IMG/VR virus record: IMGVR_UViG_2547132420_000006
Direction: 5' to 3' (one strand)
DNA from: a virus
Taxonomy: Duplodnaviria > Heunggongvirae > Uroviricota > Caudoviricetes
DNA: 5,516 bases
The translations under genes and the position numbers were made by a program. This document shows, one piece after another, positions 1 through 5,516 of the stretch; positions within the stretch are counted from its first letter, which is position 1; each line of letters starts with the position of its first letter. The notes below the pieces were generated by a model. The model saw nothing but the letters and a program-made list of their open reading frames with translations, was not told the origin of the DNA and made no database searches.

Positions 1-1
1 G

Positions 2-736
2 ACAGAATCAGCGATTCTGGCGCACGCCCGGCGATGTGCGCCAGCGGAGTCGTGCGGCTTCGTGGTGAGAACGCCGGAGGAGGAAAGATATTTTCCCTGC
101 GTGAATATCTCCGGTGAGCCGGAGGAGTATTTCCGGATGTCGCCGGAGGACTGGCTGAGTGCAGAAATGCAGAGAGAGATTGTGGCGCTGGTCCACAGCC
201 ACCCCGGTGGTCTGCCCTGGCTGAGTGAGGCCGACCGGCGGCTGCAGGTGCAGAGTGATTTGCCGTGGTGGCTGGTCTGCCGGGGGACGATTCATAAATT
301 CCGCTGTGTGCCGCATCTCACCGGGCGGCGCTTTGAGCACGGGGTGACGGACTGTTACACGCTGTTCCGGGATGCTTACCATCTGGCGGGGATTGAGATG
401 CCGGATTTTCATCGCGGGGATGACTGGTGGCGTAACGGTCAGAATCTCTATCTGGATAATCTGGAGGCCACAGGGCTGTATCAGGTGCCGTTGTCAGCGG
501 CGCAGCCGGGCGATGTGCTGCTGTGCTGTTTTGGTTCATCGGTGCCGAATCATGCCGCTATTTACTGCGGCGACGGCGAGCTGCTGCACCATATTCCTGA
601 ACAACTGAGCAAACGAGAGAGGTACACCGACAAATGGCAGCGACGCACACACTCCCTCTGGCGTCACCGGGCATGGCACGCATCTGCCTTTACGGGGATT
701 TACAACGATTTGGCCGCCGCATCGACCTTCGTGTGA
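2..736 (+). CDS. K: Tail tip assembly protein K (gpK-like), MPN/JAMM + NlpC/P60 two-domain protein; 5' end runs off the window
   Basis: Frame 2 is open from position 2 to TGA at 734-736 (ORF track starts it at GTG 62 only because that is the first start-like codon). JAMM motif H-x-H-x7-S-x2-D is encoded at 194-235 (HSHPGGLPWLSEAD), with an upstream E-x-C-G (AESCGF) at 47-58. NlpC/P60-like catalytic Cys in DCYTLF (Cys codon 353-355) and downstream His in NHAAIY (His codon 551-553). Protein closely resembles lambda gpK as I recall it. An in-frame ATG at 137 would give a 199-aa product, matching the lambda K length I remember, so the true start is uncertain. Confidence 0.88.
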   Translation, partial: TESAILAHARRCAPAESCGFVVRTPEEERYFPCVNISGEPEEYFRMSPEDWLSAEMQREIVALVHSHPGGLPWLSEADRRLQVQSDLPWWLVCRGTIHKFRCVPHLTGRRFEHGVTDCYTLFRDAYHLAGIEMPDFHRGDDWWRNGQNLYLDNLEATGLYQVPLSAAQPGDVLLCCFGSSVPNHAAIYCGDGELLHHIPEQLSKRERYTDKWQRRTHSLWRHRAWHASAFTGIYNDLAAASTFV

Positions 737-1283
737 AAACGGGGGCCGAAGCCATCCGGGCGCTGGCCACACAGCTCCCGGCGTTTCGTCAGAAACTGAG
801 CGACGGCTGGTATCAGGTACGCATTGCCGGGCGTGATGCAGGTGAAACCGAATTATCTGCCCGTCTTAATGAGCCGCTGGCAAATGGTGCCGTGATCCAT
901 ATCGTGCCGCGTCTGCCGGGGCCAAAGTGGCGGTGTGTTTCAGGTTGTGCTGGGGGCGGCCGTTATTGCGGTTCTATAGGGAGACCCTTGCGCTGGGGGG
1001 GAGCCATTGGGCGTGTATACGGCATCTGTTTTCTCTCGGTGCCAGTATGATGCTGGGCGGTGTGGCGCAGATGCTGGCACCGAAAGCCAGAACTCCCCGC
1101 ACACAGACAACGGATAACGGCAAACAGAACACCTATTTTTCCTCACTGGATAACATGGTTGCCCAGGGCAATGTTCTGCCTGTTCTGTACGGTGAAATGC
1201 GCGTGGGGTCTCGCGTGGTTTCTCAGGAGATCAGCACGGCAGACGAAGGGGACGGTGGTCAGGTTGTGGTGATTGGTCGCTGA
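634..1283 (+). pseudogene. I: Tail assembly protein I (gpI-like), reading frame disrupted by indels in the central Gly/Ala-rich segment
   Basis: ORF 634-1050 (frame 1) encodes a lambda gpI-like N-terminus (MAATHTLPLASPGMARICLYGDLQRFGRRIDLRVKTGAEAIRALATQLPAFRQKLSDGWYQVRIAGRD...HIVPR). ORF 927-1283 (frame 0) encodes the gpI-like C-terminus (FSLGASMMLGGVAQMLAPKARTPRTQTTDNGKQNTYFSSLDNMVAQGNVLPVLYGEMRVGSRVVSQEISTADEGDGGQVVVIGR). Between about 910 and 1040 gpI-like peptide pieces sit in three frames (frame 2 at 926-976 gives SGGVFQVVLGAAVIAVL then stop), so no single frame gives a full-length protein. The 650-nt span from ATG 634 to stop 1283 is not a multiple of 3. Confidence 0.6.
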
Positions 1284-1301
1284 TGCAAAATGTTTTATGT
1301 G

Positions 1302-1329
1302 AAACCGCCTCCGGGCGGTTTTGTCGTTT
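1302..1329 (+). other. Short GC hairpin followed by an interrupted T-tract in the I-J intergenic spacer (possible weak terminator or RNA structure)
   Basis: aaaCCGCCtccgGGCGGttttgtcgttt: 5-bp all-GC stem (1305-1309 pairs with 1314-1318), 4-nt loop, flanking A/T extensions, then T-rich tail; lies in the 60-nt gap between the I stop (1283) and the J start (1344). Confidence 0.3.
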
Positions 1330-1331
1330 AT

Positions 1332-1335
1332 GGAG
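1332..1335 (+). promoter_or_regulatory. Shine-Dalgarno sequence for J
   Basis: GGAG located 8 nt upstream of the J ATG at 1344. Confidence 0.55.
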
Positions 1336-1343
1336 CATGACGA

Positions 1344-4300
1344 ATGGGTAAAGGCAGCAGTAAGGGGCATACCCCGCGCGAAGCGAAGGACAACCTGAAG
1401 TCCACGCAGCTGCTGAGTGTGATCGATGCCATCAGCGAAGGGCCGGTTGAAGGTCCGGTGGATGGATTAAAAAGCGTGCTGCTGAACAGTACGCCGGTGC
1501 TGGACAGTGAGGGGAATACCAACATCTCCGGTGTCACGGTGGTGTTCCGGGCCGGTGAGCAGGAGCAGACACCGCCGGAGGGATTTGAATCCTCCGGCTC
1601 CGAGACGGTGCTGGGTACGGAAGTGAAATACGACACGCCGATCACCCGGACCATCACGTCTGCAAACATCGACCGTCTGCGCTTTACCTTCGGTGTGCAG
1701 GCACTGGTGGAAACCACCTCAAAGGGGGACCGGAATCCGTCGGAAGTCCGCCTGCTGGTTCAGATACAGCGTAATGGTGGCTGGGTGACGGAAAAAGACA
1801 TCACCATTAAGGGCAAAACCACCTCGCAGTATCTGGCCTCGGTGGTGGTGGGTAACCTGCCGCCGCGCCCGTTCAATATACGGATGCGCAGGATGACGCC
1901 GGACAGCACCACAGACCAGCTGCAGAACAAAACGCTCTGGTCGTCATACACCGAAATCATCGATGTGAAACAGTGCTACCCGAACACGGCACTGGTCGGC
2001 GTGCAGGTGGATTCGGAGCAGTTCGGCAGCCAGCAGGTGAGCCGTAATTATCATCTGCGCGGGCGCATTCTGCAGGTGCCGTCGAACTATAACCCGCAGA
2101 CGCGGCAATACAGCGGTATCTGGGACGGAACGTTTAAGCCAGCATACAGCAACAACATGGCCTGGTGTCTGTGGGATATGCTGACCCATCCGCGCTACGG
2201 CATGGGGAAACGTCTTGGTGCGGCGGATGTGGACAAATGGGCGCTGTATGTCATCGGCCAGCATTGCGATCAGTCGGTGCCGGACGGTTTTGGCGGCACG
2301 GAGCCGCGCATCACCTGTAATGCGTACCTGACCACACAGCGCAAGGCGTGGGATGTGCTCAGTGATTTCTGCTCTGCGATGCGCTGTATGCCGGTATGGA
2401 ACGGGCAGACGCTGACGTTCGTGCAGGACCGACCGTCGGATAAGGTGTGGACCTATAACCGCAGTAATGTGGTGATGCCGGATGATGGCGCGCCGTTCCG
2501 CTACAGCTTCAGCGCCCTGAAGGACCGCCATAATGCCGTTGAGGTGAACTGGATTGACCCGAATAACGGCTGGGAGACGGCGACAGAGCTTGTGGAGGAC
2601 ACGCAGGCCATTGCCCGTTACGGTCGTAACGTCACGAAGATGGATGCTTTTGGCTGTACCAGCCGGGGGCAGGCACACCGCGCCGGGCTGTGGCTGATTA
2701 AAACAGAACTGCTGGAAACGCAGACCGTGGACTTCAGCGTGGGTGCCGAAGGGCTTCGCCATGTACCGGGCGATGTCATTGAAATCTGCGATGATGACTA
2801 TGCCGGTATCAGCACCGGTGGTCGCGTGCTGGCGGTGAACAGCCAGACCCGGACGCTGACGCTCGACCGTGAAATCACGCTGCCATCTTCCGGCACCACG
2901 CTGATAAGCCTGGTTGACGGGCAGGGGAGTCCGGTCAGCGTGGAGGTCCAGTCCATCACCGACGGCGTGAAGGTGAAAGTGAGCCGGGTTCCTGACGGCG
3001 TTGCCGAGTACAGCGTGTGGGGGCTGAAGCTGCCGACGCTGCGCCAGCGCCTGTTCCGCTGTGTGAGTATCCGTGAGAACGACGACGGTACGTATGCCAT
3101 CACTGCAGTGCAGCATGTACCGGAGAAAGAAGCCATCGTGGATAACGGGGCGCACTTTGACGGTAACCAGAGCGGCACGGTGAATGGTGTCACGCCGCCA
3201 GCAGTGCAGCATCTGACCGCCGAAGTCACCGCAGACAGCGGGGAATACCAGGTGCTGGTCCGCTGGGACACGCCGAAGGTGGTGAAGGGGGTGAGCTTTA
3301 TGCTTCGCCTGACCGTGGCAGCGGATGACGGCAGTGAGCGGCTGGTCAGCACGGCCCGGACGACGGAAACCACTTACCGCTTCACACAACTGGCTCTGGG
3401 GAACTACAGGCTGACAGTCCGGGCAGTAAATGCATGGGGGCAGCAGGGCGATCCGGCATCGGTATCGTTCCGGATTGCCGCACCTGCAGTGCCGTCGCGG
3501 CTTGAGCTGACGCCGGGCTATTTTCAGATAACCGCCACGCCGCATCTTGCCGTTTATGACCCGACGGTACAGTTTGAGTTCTGGTTCTCGGAAAAGCGGA
3601 TTGCGGATATCAGGCAGGTTGAAACCACAGCCCGCTATCTTGGTACGGCGCTGTACTGGATAGCCGCCAGTATCAATATCAGGCCGGGCCATAATTATTA
3701 TTTTTACGTTCGCAGTGTGAACACCGTTGGCAAATCGGCATTCGTGGAGGCTGTTGGTCAGCCGAGTGATGACGCATCCGGCTATCTGGATTTTTTCAAA
3801 GGCGAGATAGGGAAAACCCATCTGGCTCAGGAGCTGTGGACGCAGATTGATAACGGTCAGCTTGCGCCTGACCTGGCTGAAATCAGGACGTCCATTACGG
3901 ATGTCAGCAATGAAATCACACAGACCGTCAATAAGAAACTGGAAGACCAGAGTGCAGCGATCCAGCAGATACAGAAGGTTCAGGTTGATACAAATAATAA
4001 TCTGAACAGCATGTGGGCTGTGAAGCTGCAGCAGATGCAGGACGGACGCCTTTATATTGCGGGTATCGGTGCCGGTATTGAGAACACCCCCGACGGCATG
4101 CAGAGTCAGGTGCTGCTGGCGGCACACAGGATTGCGATGATTAATCCTGCAAATGGCAACACAAAACCGATGTTTGTTGGTCAGGGTGATCAGATATTCA
4201 TGAACGACGTGTTCCTGAAACGCCTGACGGCTCCCACCATTACCAGCGGCGGTAATCCTCCGGTATTTTCCCTGACACCGAACGGGCGGCTGACGGCGAA

Positions 4301-4823
4301 AAATGCCGATATCAGCGGTAACGTGAATGCGAACTCCGGGACGCTCAACAACGTCACGATTAACGAGAACTGTCGGGTTAAAGGGAAACTGTCAGCCAAC
4401 CAGATTGAAGGCGATATTGTCAAAACAGTGGGTAAGGCTTTCCCGCGGGACTCCCGGGCACCGGAGCGGTGGCCATCAGGGACCATTACCGTCAGGATTT
4501 ATGACGATCAGCCGTTTGACCGGCAGATTGTTATTCCGGCGGTGGCATTCAGCGGTGCTAAACATGAGAGAGAGCATACTGATATTTACTCCTCATGCCG
4601 CCTGATAGTGAAGAAAAATGGTGCTGAAATTTATAACCGTACCGCGCTGGATAATACGCTGATTTACAGTGGCGTTATTGATATGCCTGCCGGTCGCGGC
4701 CACATGACGCTGGAGTTTTCGGTGTCATCATGGCTGGTAAATAACTGGTATCCCACAGCAAGTATCAGCGATTTGCTGGTTGTGGTGATGAAGAAAGCCA
4801 CCGCAGGCATCAGTATCAGCTGA
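1344..4823 (+). CDS. J: Host specificity protein J / central tail fibre (gpJ-like), 1159 aa
   Basis: Single uninterrupted 3480-nt ORF with ATG start and SD. N-terminal roughly 800 aa is near-identical to lambda J as I recall it ([34 protein letters not shown]...). Contains two tandem fibronectin-III-like segments with typical F-strand motifs ([27 protein letters not shown]). Central and C-terminal parts are divergent. Position between I and lom matches lambda order. Confidence 0.95.
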   Translation: MGKGSSKGHTPREAKDNLKSTQLLSVIDAISEGPVEGPVDGLKSVLLNSTPVLDSEGNTNISGVTVVFRAGEQEQTPPEGFESSGSETVLGTEVKYDTPITRTITSANIDRLRFTFGVQALVETTSKGDRNPSEVRLLVQIQRNGGWVTEKDITIKGKTTSQYLASVVVGNLPPRPFNIRMRRMTPDSTTDQLQNKTLWSSYTEIIDVKQCYPNTALVGVQVDSEQFGSQQVSRNYHLRGRILQVPSNYNPQTRQYSGIWDGTFKPAYSNNMAWCLWDMLTHPRYGMGKRLGAADVDKWALYVIGQHCDQSVPDGFGGTEPRITCNAYLTTQRKAWDVLSDFCSAMRCMPVWNGQTLTFVQDRPSDKVWTYNRSNVVMPDDGAPFRYSFSALKDRHNAVEVNWIDPNNGWETATELVEDTQAIARYGRNVTKMDAFGCTSRGQAHRAGLWLIKTELLETQTVDFSVGAEGLRHVPGDVIEICDDDYAGISTGGRVLAVNSQTRTLTLDREITLPSSGTTLISLVDGQGSPVSVEVQSITDGVKVKVSRVPDGVAEYSVWGLKLPTLRQRLFRCVSIRENDDGTYAITAVQHVPEKEAIVDNGAHFDGNQSGTVNGVTPPAVQHLTAEVTADSGEYQVLVRWDTPKVVKGVSFMLRLTVAADDGSERLVSTARTTETTYRFTQLALGNYRLTVRAVNAWGQQGDPASVSFRIAAPAVPSRLELTPGYFQITATPHLAVYDPTVQFEFWFSEKRIADIRQVETTARYLGTALYWIAASINIRPGHNYYFYVRSVNTVGKSAFVEAVGQPSDDASGYLDFFKGEIGKTHLAQELWTQIDNGQLAPDLAEIRTSITDVSNEITQTVNKKLEDQSAAIQQIQKVQVDTNNNLNSMWAVKLQQMQDGRLYIAGIGAGIENTPDGMQSQVLLAAHRIAMINPANGNTKPMFVGQGDQIFMNDVFLKRLTAPTITSGGNPPVFSLTPNGRLTAKNADISGNVNANSGTLNNVTINENCRVKGKLSANQIEGDIVKTVGKAFPRDSRAPERWPSGTITVRIYDDQPFDRQIVIPAVAFSGAKHEREHTDIYSSCRLIVKKNGAEIYNRTALDNTLIYSGVIDMPAGRGHMTLEFSVSSWLVNNWYPTASISDLLVVVMKKATAGISIS

Positions 4824-4842
4824 ATTTTATAACCCATATACG

Positions 4843-4867
4843 GGCGCCAGAAATGGCGCCTTTTTTA
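4843..4867 (+). terminator. Rho-independent terminator downstream of J
   Basis: GGCGCC (4843-4848), loop agaaat, GGCGCC (4855-4860; self-complementary arms giving a 6-bp all-GC stem), followed by TTTTTT (4861-4866); sits 20 nt after the J stop codon. Confidence 0.75.
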
Positions 4868-4880
4868 TTGCAGAAAAGCG

Positions 4881-4885
4881 AGAGG
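4881..4885 (+). promoter_or_regulatory. Shine-Dalgarno sequence for lom
   Basis: AGAGG located 5 nt upstream of the ATG at 4891. Confidence 0.6.
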
Positions 4886-4890
4886 TAATT

Positions 4891-5490
4891 ATGCGTAAAG
4901 TTTGTGCAGCCATTTTGTCCGCAGCCATTTGTCTGGCCGTATCCGGTGCGCCTGCATGGGCGTCTGAGCAGCAGGCCACACTGAGCGCAGGGTATCTTCA
5001 TGCCCGTACGAACGCTCCCGGCAGCGATAATCTGAACGGGATTAACGTGAAATACCGTTATGAGTTTACGGACACACTGGGGATGGTGACGTCGTTCAGC
5101 TATGCAGGAGACAAGAATCGCCAGCTTACCCGTTACAGCGATACCCGCTGGCATGAAGATTCCGTGCGTAACCGCTGGTTCAGCGTGATGGCGGGGCCGT
5201 CTGTACGCGTGAATGAATGGTTCAGCGCGTATGCGATGGCAGGCGTGGCTTACAGCCGTGTGTCGACTTTTTCCGGGGATTATCTCCGCGTAACTGACAA
5301 CAAGGGAAAAACGCACGACGTGCTGACCGGAAGTGATGACGCTCGCCACAGTAACACCTCTCTGGCGTGGGGAGCTGGCGTGCAGTTTAACCCGACCGAA
5401 TCCGTGGCCGTTGACGTCGCTTATGAAGGCTCCGGCAGCGGTGACTGGCGTACCAACAGTTTCATCGTTGGTGTCGGTTATAAATTCTGA
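4891..5490 (+). CDS. lom: Lom-like outer membrane protein (Ail/Lom/OmpX family 8-stranded beta-barrel), prophage moron
   Basis: 199-aa ORF with strong SD. N-terminal signal peptide with AxA cleavage motif ([24 protein letters not shown] | SEQQ). C-terminus [23 protein letters not shown] ends in an aromatic beta-signal (terminal Phe) and is nearly identical to the lambda Lom C-terminus as I recall it. Position immediately downstream of J matches lambda. Confidence 0.9.
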
Positions 5491-5516
5491 TTAGCCAGGT
5501 AACACAGTGTTATGAC

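Noticed and set aside
8-412. 134-aa minus-strand ORF overlapping K
   Set aside because: Codon-aligned antisense of K; no independent evidence of coding.
372-608. Short off-frame ORFs inside K, I and J (372-608 +, 318-539 -, 536-772 -, 940-1146 -, 1060-1272 +, 1143-1370 -, 1328-1717 -, 1760-1960 -, 2798-3373 -, 3928-4125 -, 4190-4486 -, 4327-4605 +)
   Set aside because: All are nested within well-supported genes in other frames, lack SD sequences, and translate to Arg/Cys/Pro-rich peptides typical of off-frame readings of GC-rich coding DNA.
927-1283. ORF 927-1283 as an independent 118-aa gene
   Set aside because: Its conserved portion is the C-terminal domain of gpI. The GTG at 927 is just the first start-like codon in that frame, so this is a fragment of the disrupted I gene, not a separate gene.
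1944-4127. 727-aa minus-strand ORF entirely inside J
   Set aside because: It is in the exact codon-aligned antisense register of J. Stops in that register would require sense codons TTA, CTA or TCA, which are rare in this coding sequence, so a long stop-free antisense frame is expected by chance. The translation is Arg/His/Cys-rich low-complexity with no recognisable domain.
4824-4890. Sigma-70 promoter for lom in the J-lom spacer
   Set aside because: Only weak hexamer candidates (tataac at 4828-4833 with a poor -35; ttgcag at 4868-4873 with no properly spaced -10). I cannot support a promoter call from sequence alone, although lom is probably independently expressed.
4816-5349. 177-aa minus-strand ORF overlapping lom
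   Set aside because: Codon-aligned antisense of lom, the same artefact as above; no SD, and the peptide is compositionally odd.
1-5516. CRISPR arrays, tRNA or other structured RNA genes, IS elements, integrase or att sites, Chi sites
   Set aside because: No direct repeat arrays, no terminal inverted repeats or transposase ORFs, and no exact GCTGGTGG octamer found on reading (only near-matches such as ACTGGTGG). The window is almost fully occupied by four collinear phage genes.

Overview
This window is the distal tail-tip module of a lambda-like (lambdoid) siphovirus or prophage from an enterobacterial host, all on the + strand in lambda gene order: the 3' part of tail-tip assembly gene K (MPN/JAMM plus NlpC/P60 domains, open to the left edge), tail assembly gene I with a disrupted reading frame, a complete host-specificity/central tail fibre gene J (1159 aa), a strong intrinsic terminator, and the Ail/Lom-family outer-membrane moron lom. 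I see no tRNA, rRNA, CRISPR array, IS element or integrase. I do not find a new biological system here: this is a well-known gene cassette. The points worth follow-up are the multiply frameshifted gene I, the mosaic J with divergent central and C-terminal receptor-binding segments, and the K frame extending upstream of a lambda-like start. Comparisons to phage lambda are from memory of the lambda proteins, not from a search. The long minus-strand ORFs are judged to be antisense artefacts.
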